Assembly: GCA_963674735.2 (NCBI GenBank)
Contig: CAXXQS010000002.1
Span: forward strand, 2,240,001 to 2,304,000
Source of the DNA: Myxococcota bacterium
GTDB taxonomy: Bacteria; Myxococcota_A; SURF-8
DNA length: 64,000 nt
Direction of reading: 5' to 3'
Below are positions 1 to 8,433 of the stretch, piece after piece. The translations under genes and the position numbers were made by a program. Position 1 is the first letter of the stretch; each line of letters begins with the position of its first letter. The notes beneath the pieces are model-generated. The model was given only the letters and a program-made list of their open reading frames with translations. It did not search any database and was not told the origin of the DNA.

Positions 1-22
1 TGTGTAGGCGAAACGGGAGAAT

Positions 23-1474
23 CTACTGAAATTGATAAGTTACGCCTGCTCCGGCGCTTCCGAGAAAGCCTGCGCTGCGGTAGCCGGGGAATCCCGGATT
101 GTTGGTTTGCAACCCGGCGCTTTCAGGGATGGGTTGATCGGTTTTGATGTCGCGAGAATCGGGGAATTCATCCACCAACCCATTAAGAGCTTCGGGGTCT
201 TTGTTCTGGCTGCGCGACAACAACACCAGGAATTGGACGTAGGTATCGATCGATAGACCCTCCACCCAAGGCAGGTAGAAGGAAAAACCGGCGCTGGCTT
301 CGACTCGGTTGTTGTCGACATAGTTGGTGCGTCCGCTTTGTGATCCGACCGGGCTGGGCACCCACGCTCCGCCCGCCCTCACATCCAGCCAGGGTATGGG
401 ACGGACTTCCAACCCGGCTTTGACCGAGTAGCTGTCGTGGAAATTGGAATCGTTGCCGTCCGAGACTTCGGCCTTGTATTCCGACCAGCGAATCCAGTTT
501 CCATCCAGATTCAACGTCCACATCTCGTAGTCGAAACGGAGGCCGCCGGAGAGTTGGCGTGGTGAAAAGGAATAGGCATAGCGAAAGGCCTGTTCGGTGA
601 TGGGCTCGCCTTCGTAGAGCTCGAAGTTCCAGAATTGCAGTTGGTTGTCGATGTTGGCGCCGAACCAGGAACGGTCGCGGAAAGAGATACCGATTCCCAG
701 CCAGTCCAGTGGCTCGAACTGCATCCCCACCGTTACGGCGGCATCGTATTTGACTTTAGTATCCATCAGAAAATAGATATTTTTTTGATCGAGCGCATCG
801 GGTACGTACATTTTGGTTTGGGCGACCACGTTGCCGAAGACGTTGACCGAGGCGCCGAAACCGAACCACTGTAAGGGGCGGAAGGCCAGTCCGGCGATGA
901 CGGAGGGCCGCTGCGTGCGTCGGTTCAGTAACTGAAAGTGCAATTTATTGGTGAAGAATTGCTCGCGTTCGTCGACGAAGTTGACATCGACGTCGGCCAG
1001 GGCTTGGAGTGGAATCGAAAAGGCCAACCCGGCGGCCAACCAGTGCAGACCGAAATTGTGCACGATGCCGCCGGTCAGGGCGACGGTATTGGGATCGTTG
1101 TTTGTGTCGCTGCGTGCACTGGGAAGTTCATCGGTGGGCAGATAGCGCACGCGCATTTTCGTCGCGTCGGGGTCGAGGGGCAGGGCTTGATACACCTCTT
1201 CGGGGACGTCGTAGCCGTCCGGACGATCTTTGAGGTAGATGTTGACCCGGTCGAAGCTGGCCATGATGTGGACGCCGAAAGAGGGTCGCACGAATCCCAG
1301 GCGTCCCGGATTGTAAAAGAGCGCCGAATAATCGCGCGCTCCGGCCGTGGCGGCGTTGCCCATACCCATGGAACGCGGCGATAGACCATAGAGGTCGAGC
1401 GGACTGGCCCAGGCTGTTTGCAAGAAGCCGAACATGGCGAGGGCCGCCAGGGCCCATAGGCACATTTTACGCAT
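23..1474 (-). CDS. FadL/OmpP1/TodX-family outer-membrane transporter
   Basis: Signal peptide; N-terminal hatch motif GLSPRSMGMGNA...SALFYNPG; alternating beta-strands; aromatic C-terminus (YQFQ). Confidence 0.8.
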   Translation of the reverse strand: MRKMCLWALAALAMFGFLQTAWASPLDLYGLSPRSMGMGNAATAGARDYSALFYNPGRLGFVRPSFGVHIMASFDRVNIYLKDRPDGYDVPEEVYQALPLDPDATKMRVRYLPTDELPSARSDTNNDPNTVALTGGIVHNFGLHWLAAGLAFSIPLQALADVDVNFVDEREQFFTNKLHFQLLNRRTQRPSVIAGLAFRPLQWFGFGASVNVFGNVVAQTKMYVPDALDQKNIYFLMDTKVKYDAAVTVGMQFEPLDWLGIGISFRDRSWFGANIDNQLQFWNFELYEGEPITEQAFRYAYSFSPRQLSGGLRFDYEMWTLNLDGNWIRWSEYKAEVSDGNDSNFHDSYSVKAGLEVRPIPWLDVRAGGAWVPSPVGSQSGRTNYVDNNRVEASAGFSFYLPWVEGLSIDTYVQFLVLLSRSQNKDPEALNGLVDEFPDSRDIKTDQPIPESAGLQTNNPGFPGYRSAGFLGSAGAGVTYQFQ

Positions 1475-1570
1475 GTTCTCCCCGTTCGTATCTGGCTTGA
1501 ATGCGTTTCAATCTACTCTGCCGGGTATCCTAGTTGGATTCCTCGCACCCGGCAAGATCTTTATCGCGGT

Positions 1571-2554
1571 CTAATCGGACTCCAGCGGAACCGCGTAATC
1601 CATCGGGTCGTAACTGAACAGTTCCCCCTCGCGAGCGAAAATGTCTTCGCAATTCAGGTCGCTTTGCAGCCGGATGAATTCGAAACGGTTGAGGTCAGGG
1701 ACCGGGTGCGGCACCAGGTCGAGCTGCAGCTTGATGAGCGACGGTTTGGCGTCGAGGGTGATCATTTCAACGCTGGAATCGATCTGGCCTTCGATCAGGC
1801 GATTATTGACGATCCGGCCGGTCATATCGCGCATCATGCGCATGATGACATATACCTCACCCTGTACGATCCCGCTGATGCGTGCCGTAATGCCCGGATT
1901 GCCATCTTCCTCGAAATCAATCACGCGCGGGTCATCGGGATCGTCGGGAAGAGGGTCGCTATGGGGATCGTCGAACAGGGTTGGATCGACGCCGTAGATG
2001 TCATGGGCCGGGCTGGTTTGGAAAACGGCGTTTTCGGCCAATTCCGAAAAGGCGGCATGGCGTGCGGCGGCTGGAATGGCTTCGATGGTTTCGAGAGGGA
2101 AAATAACGTTGAAGTCGATATCTTCCACGATTTTCGTCGAAAAATCGCAGATGTGTTCGGTAAAATGCATATCCGTGCCATCCATCTCGGCCTCGATACG
2201 CGCAATGCCCGAGATAAGCATCTGCACCTTCTGATTGAAGACGGGTAGAACTACCGTGTAGGCGATGCAGAATTTCATGGCCCATAAACCCGAGAGGGTT
2301 TCCGGGCTGAAATCCCTGTTGTCATCGTTCGCTTCGCCCTCGCTATCGCCGTCGGGTGATGTTTCGCGGTCGACGTCGCCATCAGTCGAAGAATGATTGT
2401 CGCTGTCGCCGTTGTCCCAGGGATCGGCGGATTCCTGTTCGTCCAAACAGGCCGTAAGAGCGACCAAGGCTAGAAAGAAGGCGAAAACCGGGACGAGCAG
2501 ACGTGGTGAATAATCGGGGGATGAACAAAGGTCGGGTTGTTTACTGCGAGGCAT
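1571..2554 (-). CDS. Hypothetical lipoprotein
   Basis: Lipobox LTAC, acidic DGD linker, beta-rich domain; co-oriented upstream of the FadL-like gene. Confidence 0.7.
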   Translation of the reverse strand: MPRSKQPDLCSSPDYSPRLLVPVFAFFLALVALTACLDEQESADPWDNGDSDNHSSTDGDVDRETSPDGDSEGEANDDNRDFSPETLSGLWAMKFCIAYTVVLPVFNQKVQMLISGIARIEAEMDGTDMHFTEHICDFSTKIVEDIDFNVIFPLETIEAIPAAARHAAFSELAENAVFQTSPAHDIYGVDPTLFDDPHSDPLPDDPDDPRVIDFEEDGNPGITARISGIVQGEVYVIMRMMRDMTGRIVNNRLIEGQIDSSVEMITLDAKPSLIKLQLDLVPHPVPDLNRFEFIRLQSDLNCEDIFAREGELFSYDPMDYAVPLESD

Positions 2555-2787
2555 GGGATTCCGTCCTTTAGCTTTCAGTTATTTCTGAAAATACAGAAAT
2601 AAGATTGGGGTGTCAACCTAAAAAAGCAGGGATGCTACCCGGTTGTTCGGTTTGCTGCGTTTCCTGTGGTTTTTGCGATGAAGGTTTAAGCGTTTGCTTT
2701 GGAAGCGACACCTTGCGTAATGGGCGCATTTTTTGGTATGCTTATGCCGGAAACTCCGAATGTCAGGTTTGCAGCAGGAGAAGCGCG

Positions 2788-3801
2788 ATGACGCAACGAA
2801 GCGTGTGGCTGGCGGCAATGGCCGGGCTGATTTTGTGGGTTCTGGTTTTGGGGGCCTGCGGCGATATGGGGGACGATACGGAAGAAGGAGTGCAGCCCGC
2901 CCCACGTGTGCTGCTCGACGCCGTACCCGATCCCATGATGCTTTATATCGCAACGCCCGATTACGACAGCGCCACCGGCGATAACCTCGCGGTATTTTGG
3001 GAACTGACGCGCGGAGTGGCGCGTGGTGTCAACGAAACCGTTTGGCGTGAGTTGACCGTTCCCGCTGATATTACGCCTTTGCCGCCCAAGCGCGCGGATG
3101 AGACGATCGCGGTGTGGGAGCTGAGCCAGCCCCTGGACGGGGAGTCGCTTACGGTGCCGTCATTTTCAATTGAAGCCCTGTCCGACGACACCTTCAGCTA
3201 CTTCATGCGGCGGCGTCACCGTAATGCCCCCGATGCCTGGCAGATCGTCTGGTATGGCGAGATGCAGCGCGATGTGCTGACCGAGGAAGGCGGAAGTGGC
3301 GAATTTGTCTTCGATTTCAGTGCGGCTTCCGCCATCGATCCCACTTTGTCGCGGAGCGGGAGCGTCACCGTGGAATTCGACGCCAAAACGGATGAAAACC
3401 GCGAGTTGACTCTTACCTACAAGGACTACATCGCGGAAAACGATCTCAGTCAAACGCCGCGTGACATGACCTATACCTACCTGGAACGCACGGATGGTTC
3501 TGGTTCCATGGCGTTTACCACTTTTTACAACTGGACCGACCACACGGACACCATGGAAACCCTGGACGTATATAGCGACTGGACCGAGTTGCAGATGGGT
3601 CAAACCGATATTTTTATCAGCGGTGACGATCTCAGTGCTCAGAGCTTGTCTAAAGTGGAGATTCGCGAATGTTGGGATAGTCAACTGGGTCAAACCTACT
3701 ATGTCCAATTGTATTACAGCCTGAATGCCGCAGAGGACGATGAACCGGCCCGCGATCGCGAGGCGGGCGATGTAACGCTTTGCCCGATCGGGTTCGATTG
3801 A
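2788..3801 (+). CDS. Hypothetical lipoprotein (paralog A)
   Basis: AGGAG RBS before ATG 2788; lipobox LGAC; LDAVPD, ECWD and terminal CPxG motifs shared with the next gene. Confidence 0.75.
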   Translation: MTQRSVWLAAMAGLILWVLVLGACGDMGDDTEEGVQPAPRVLLDAVPDPMMLYIATPDYDSATGDNLAVFWELTRGVARGVNETVWRELTVPADITPLPPKRADETIAVWELSQPLDGESLTVPSFSIEALSDDTFSYFMRRRHRNAPDAWQIVWYGEMQRDVLTEEGGSGEFVFDFSAASAIDPTLSRSGSVTVEFDAKTDENRELTLTYKDYIAENDLSQTPRDMTYTYLERTDGSGSMAFTTFYNWTDHTDTMETLDVYSDWTELQMGQTDIFISGDDLSAQSLSKVEIRECWDSQLGQTYYVQLYYSLNAAEDDEPARDREAGDVTLCPIGFD

Positions 3802-3829
3802 GTCACCTTGTCGTCGTTGGGAGGAGACC

Positions 3830-4864
3830 ATGAAACGTAAGCAGTTGTTGATGGGAGTGCTCCTTTGCTTGGCTGGCTGGATGTCGATCCTGGGTTTTTC
3901 TGGTTGTGGCGGTGATGAGGAGAGTAGCGTCGCTGGTGAATGGCTCGATGCCGTTCCCGACTGGGAGCAGCTTCGCATCGAGGTGCCCGAAGCCGCTCAG
4001 GCGGCGCGTTTGCGCGGAGCCCAAGCCCCGGTGGCCACGTTTTACATGGAAACCGCCCGCATGGCGCGCGAACTAAATGCGATTGTTTACGGCTTTTTAG
4101 CTTTCATCGACGATATCGTGCGCTATCCCCCAACCGAGTCGGACGACAACCGAGCGGTATGGGCTCCCGAAGAACCGCTGACGGGCTTGGATGCCACCGT
4201 TCCGCGCTTCACGCTAACTCACCGGGATGATGGCGCTTTCGATTACGCTTTCGAGCTACGTCCGAAAGAGGAGTCCGACTATGTCACGGTCTGGGAAGGC
4301 ACCATGACACCCGAGGATGGTATGGCGCGTCGCGGACAGGGTCAGATGGCCCTTGACTTCGATATGGCGGCGAGCGTCGATCCCACCGTGCTGGAGCAGG
4401 GCCGGGCGACGGTTACCTACGATATTCGCAGTACCGAGGATCGGACGATCAGCATCGTTTTCGAGGATTTCGCTACCGAGGATGACAACTTTCCCGCCGA
4501 TGCCACCTATGATTATGTGGATGCCCAAGATAATAGCGGCGAGTTGCGGTTTACGGCCGTAACGGATATTTATCCGCTAACCAGTTCCGTTGAGAATGCG
4601 GAAGCCTGGACGCGCTGGCAGTCGGATGGCAGCGGCCAAACCGATGCGGTGGTTTCGGGCGAGGACGTTACCGCGGCGGGTTTTTTGGCGGCCGAGACCA
4701 TCGAGTGCTGGGATGCCGACTTCCGTCGTAGTTTTTACAGCGAGTACGCCACCTGGGACGAGGAAGAACATCCCGATTGGGTTGCCACCGGTGTGGATAA
4801 TCCCATCGAAAACGCGGAAAAGCGTAGTGGTGATCCTGAAACCTGTCCGTTCGGTGCGGAATAA
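3830..4864 (+). CDS. Hypothetical lipoprotein (paralog B)
   Basis: GGAGGAG RBS; lipobox FSGC; colinear similarity to 2788..3801. Confidence 0.78.
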   Translation: MKRKQLLMGVLLCLAGWMSILGFSGCGGDEESSVAGEWLDAVPDWEQLRIEVPEAAQAARLRGAQAPVATFYMETARMARELNAIVYGFLAFIDDIVRYPPTESDDNRAVWAPEEPLTGLDATVPRFTLTHRDDGAFDYAFELRPKEESDYVTVWEGTMTPEDGMARRGQGQMALDFDMAASVDPTVLEQGRATVTYDIRSTEDRTISIVFEDFATEDDNFPADATYDYVDAQDNSGELRFTAVTDIYPLTSSVENAEAWTRWQSDGSGQTDAVVSGEDVTAAGFLAAETIECWDADFRRSFYSEYATWDEEEHPDWVATGVDNPIENAEKRSGDPETCPFGAE

Positions 4865-4897
4865 GTCTTTATCGGTAAGGGAATACGAAAAAATGAA

Positions 4898-4930
4898 GAC
4901 GCCGGACTCGTGGGAGTCCGGCGTTTGTGT
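4898..4930. terminator. Probable bidirectional intrinsic terminator
   Basis: Stem ACGCCGGACTC-gtgg-GAGTCCGGCGT between convergent genes; A-run before, T-rich after. Confidence 0.7.
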
Positions 4931-4951
4931 GTTTGGATCAGATCGTCACGT

Positions 4952-6322
4952 TTAATTACATCCGCCTCCGCCCGCGCCTTTGGCTTTTACGGTGACGATC
5001 TTGGTTTCCGGCGGGGTGGCCCCGGCGAAGACGAAGCGGGGTGGGGGTGTTTGGCTTTGACCGCCCAGATAGGCGAGGGCTGTTTGAGTGAAAGCGGTGG
5101 CCGGTTTCGGCATGAAAGAGGGCAGTGGCCAGGTGCTGGGGTCGGACAGAATGTCGCGTCGCCAGGCGTTTAACCCGCCGTCGAGGGCCAACGCGTTTTT
5201 TCCGCGTCGCCGCAAAGCGTTTACAAGGGCGAGACTGGTTTGGCCACTGTCGTCCACGAATACCAGCGGCTTGCTTTTGGGCAGATCCGCCGTCAATTTT
5301 CCAAGTCGTATGAGCGCTTCCGCGAGGAAAGCGTCGCCATCGGAGTCTCCGGCTTCGAGATATACAGACAAGGGCAAAACGAGGTCACGCTTGTCCGCAT
5401 TTACCGGGCGCAGGTCGAACAGTGCCAAGTCTTTGGGTTTTCCGGCCTGACGGTTGTTTCCTTCGGCCACCAGCCAACCGGCCAGGGTGTAGCTGTCCAC
5501 CAGCGGTGCTTCAGCCGGATCGAGGGCCGTGGCAGCGCTTTTAGGTACATGGTTGGCCAATACCGGGTGCGGGGTCGCAGATTCGGTGACAATGACCACT
5601 ACGACTCCCACAAAGGCTAAAGCCGGAGCGGCCGTATTCCAGAAGTTGCGCGGCGCTTTGACGACCGGCTTGGCGGGAGTGCTGGAATCGCTCTTTTCTG
5701 CCTTCAGTTCGGCCACCGTTTTGAGTGCGAAACGCCGTTCCAGATACGGGACGGCCGCGAAGCCGCCCAGCGCCATCAAGACCACTCCGAGCGCCCAGGG
5801 CCAGGCCGGACCGTCTCCGTAAAGTGTCATCTTGGCGGCATCGGCCGGGGCGAAAAAGTTGATAAACCAGGCTTGCTCGAACAAACCGTCGAATAAAAGT
5901 GCAAAGGCGTAGATCCCCAACACGATACCGAACAAGAAGGCCGGGGCGTCCCACCGTCCGCGTGCCAGTGCGACCACCGCCGTTCCGGGGCAGAAACCGC
6001 CGACGTAAAAACCGACGCCGAAGACGAGTCCGCCAAGCAAGATCGGCCAAAAGAAGGTGGCCTCGTACTGCACCAGTGACAGATTGAGGATACCTACGCC
6101 ATCGAGAATCAACGCGCCCAGCATGGCTGTCACGACGGCCGTGAACATCACACGGAACACGCGAAAATCGCGCAAGATAAAGACGGATGTCAGATTTTTA
6201 GAGGTGCCGAAGCCTGCGCGTTCCAGGAAGAACCCGAATAAGACGCCCAAGCCGAGCGAGATCATCAAATAGGCGATTTCGCTGAAGCCGTCCAGGGGTG
6301 CGAGAGGGAAGGGAGCATTCAT
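4952..6322 (-). CDS. YeeE/YedE (PmpB-like) sulfur transporter fused to a rhodanese-like domain with a C-terminal GGGGC tail
   Basis: GVLFGFFLERAGF and GFCPGT YeeE motifs; ALALDGGLNAW rhodanese signature with Asp (VDDSG) at the catalytic Cys position; ATGA overlap with the upstream stop and GGAGG RBS. Confidence 0.8.
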   Translation of the reverse strand: MNAPFPLAPLDGFSEIAYLMISLGLGVLFGFFLERAGFGTSKNLTSVFILRDFRVFRVMFTAVVTAMLGALILDGVGILNLSLVQYEATFFWPILLGGLVFGVGFYVGGFCPGTAVVALARGRWDAPAFLFGIVLGIYAFALLFDGLFEQAWFINFFAPADAAKMTLYGDGPAWPWALGVVLMALGGFAAVPYLERRFALKTVAELKAEKSDSSTPAKPVVKAPRNFWNTAAPALAFVGVVVVIVTESATPHPVLANHVPKSAATALDPAEAPLVDSYTLAGWLVAEGNNRQAGKPKDLALFDLRPVNADKRDLVLPLSVYLEAGDSDGDAFLAEALIRLGKLTADLPKSKPLVFVDDSGQTSLALVNALRRRGKNALALDGGLNAWRRDILSDPSTWPLPSFMPKPATAFTQTALAYLGGQSQTPPPRFVFAGATPPETKIVTVKAKGAGGGGCN

Positions 6323-7602
6323 CGCCATAACCTCCTGAATCCGAAGGCGGCCAGAAAACCGCCGGTAAAGACGCTGAACATGAAGATCCATGCTCCCACC
6401 GAAAGCAGCGCGCCGCCCGAGAGGGCTTGGTGCGAGGTACAGCCGCGTGTGTAGCGGGTGGCGAAGCCAACCAGGATGCCGCCGATGATGGCGAAGAAGA
6501 TACGGCCGCTCTTCGATATCAATTCGCCGCGATCCACGCCCGAGCGAATGCGTCCGGCCAGCGCGGCCGAAATGAAGCCGCCGATCAGGACGCCGATGAT
6601 GGACCAAGTCAGCCAGTAATGGGACACGCCCGCTTCGAAAGTCGGACCCCAGTAGCGGTTACCGAGTACATGCGCGGGGGCCATCGCACCGAGGGTGGAG
6701 GCTCCGAGGCGCGAGAAAAAGCCCGAGGCACCCAATCCATGACCAGTGAGCATGAAGGCGGCGAGGACTGTCAGGCCCAGGCCCACACCCGCTGCATAGG
6801 GCGACCAATACGGTTGTTCCTCCCGCGAGGTGATCCAGGCCCACAGGCGTTTGAAGGCGCGCCCGGCCATGCGCGGGACGCCGAAACGTTCCCGTGAATC
6901 GAGCGGCTCGCCACCTTGTCTTTCCACCTGTTCATACCACTCGATGTGGTGATGCCGGGCATAGTCGGGGTCGACGTCGCCGGTGAGCATGGAGGCCAGC
7001 GCCGGGCGTTCTTCTTTGATGAGCGCCGCCATGGTGAAGTGTACGAAGAAAAATGCGATGACGCCGCCGACGGCCACGAGGTGCAGAAGCACCAGCCACT
7101 TGCCCCATTCGCCGCCGATTCCCTGCCACATTAAAGCGCCCGAGATACCGATGACGGGTGCGCCCAATAAAACCGCCCAGCCGAAGGCTTTTTGTCCGGC
7201 GTTGTACGCGCCTTGCGGGGGCAGTTCGATCGTGTCGTTCAACTCGGCTTTGCCGCGCAACGCCAACCATGAGAGGTCGTGGCGGGTGAAACGGATGTCG
7301 CGCAGAAAGCGCGCCGCCAGGCCCCAGGGATCGAGAATGAAGGTGACGCCCAAGATGGCGAACCAAAGGACGCCGATCGCAATATGGGCATTCAACAGCG
7401 CCTGCTGACTACCGAAGACGGCCAGCAGAGCGTCGATGTAGGGTTGTGGGGCCACGCGGTAACCGGCGGCGGTGACGATACCGATGCCGGTGAGCCACAG
7501 GAAGAGAAAACAGGCGGCGTTGAACCAATGTAACAGCCGCTGCGGCAAGGGATGCTTGACGAGCGTCCCGGAGGCGGCTTCATGTGCATGTTTCGTCGTC
7601 AT
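6319..7602 (-). CDS. FdnI/PhsC-type di-heme cytochrome b fused to a YeeE/YedE (PmpA-like) domain
   Basis: N-half: RLLHW, NAHI, GAYNAGQK, LLHL, FVHF heme-ligand pattern. C-half: YWSPYAAGVGLG...RYTRGCTSHQALSG. Single uninterrupted frame. Confidence 0.85.
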   Translation of the reverse strand: MTTKHAHEAASGTLVKHPLPQRLLHWFNAACFLFLWLTGIGIVTAAGYRVAPQPYIDALLAVFGSQQALLNAHIAIGVLWFAILGVTFILDPWGLAARFLRDIRFTRHDLSWLALRGKAELNDTIELPPQGAYNAGQKAFGWAVLLGAPVIGISGALMWQGIGGEWGKWLVLLHLVAVGGVIAFFFVHFTMAALIKEERPALASMLTGDVDPDYARHHHIEWYEQVERQGGEPLDSRERFGVPRMAGRAFKRLWAWITSREEQPYWSPYAAGVGLGLTVLAAFMLTGHGLGASGFFSRLGASTLGAMAPAHVLGNRYWGPTFEAGVSHYWLTWSIIGVLIGGFISAALAGRIRSGVDRGELISKSGRIFFAIIGGILVGFATRYTRGCTSHQALSGGALLSVGAWIFMFSVFTGGFLAAFGFRRLWR

Positions 7603-7617
7603 TTGGAAACCTCCCGT

Positions 7618-8418
7618 TTAGTTCGCGGCTGAAGGTGGATCGGCGGGAGGTGGCTTGTTGTCCTTTTCCGCCTGATTGATTTTATTTTTTCGTCCGCGCA
7701 ACACGCGCAGCGCGACCATTCCCGCCATGGCCGCCATACTGGCCACACCCAGTCCTTGCACCAACCAGCCCGCGCCGTTTCGCCAGATGGCGGCGGGCAT
7801 GACGAAGCCCAGTTTGGGTGGACGTTTGGCGGCGACGAGTTCAAGGTCTTCGGGGCGTCCGCTCAGAATCAGGCGCGGTTTCGGATTCACCGTCTCCGAG
7901 ACAAGCTTCATCTGCTTGTGTCCCGCATCAGGTTTGCTTACATTGCCTATCCGAACGGTTTGGGAACGTCCGTCGATCTCCACCACTTCCTCGAACAGGC
8001 GGGCATCGGCCGGACAGACATCGAAACAAGCCGGGGCCAGTCCCGCCTGCACGCGCCCGTCGCAGAGGGTGCATTTTTCGAGTTTCTTGCTGCCGGGGTC
8101 CACGTAGCGGGCATCGTAGGGACAGGCTTTGACGCACATCCCGCAGCCGATGCACAGCTCTTTGTCCACCAGCACGCGCCCATCGGCGGCCTTGTAGGAA
8201 GCTCCGGTGGGACAGGCGGGTACGCAGGGCGGCTCTTCGCAGTGGTGGCAGAGATACGGAGCATACGTGGCGTGAGCCGTCTTCGTCTCGTTGGCTTCCA
8301 GGTAGGGGACGAAGCAGCGTGCGTGTGAAGGATTGAGGTCGTTGACGGTGACGCAGGCCACTTCGCAGGCCCGGCAGCCGATACAGCGGCTGACATCGAT
8401 GCGGAATTTGAATGCCAT
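7618..8418 (-). CDS. psrB: PsrB/PhsB-like 4x[4Fe-4S] subunit with a C-terminal TM anchor
   Basis: CIGCRAC...C, CHHC...CVPAC, CIGCGMCVKAC, KCTLC...CFDVC; hydrophobic helix near the C-terminus. Confidence 0.85.
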   Translation of the reverse strand: MAFKFRIDVSRCIGCRACEVACVTVNDLNPSHARCFVPYLEANETKTAHATYAPYLCHHCEEPPCVPACPTGASYKAADGRVLVDKELCIGCGMCVKACPYDARYVDPGSKKLEKCTLCDGRVQAGLAPACFDVCPADARLFEEVVEIDGRSQTVRIGNVSKPDAGHKQMKLVSETVNPKPRLILSGRPEDLELVAAKRPPKLGFVMPAAIWRNGAGWLVQGLGVASMAAMAGMVALRVLRGRKNKINQAEKDNKPPPADPPSAAN

Positions 8419-8433
8419 ATCGAATTTCCCTCC

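Noticed and set aside
6323-6607. Extended N-termini given by the ORF track (also at 2605, 10797, 13006, 15736, 21031, 37453, 45578)
   Set aside because: They overlap neighbouring genes or promoters; downstream starts have better RBS or translational coupling, or coincide with where family homology begins
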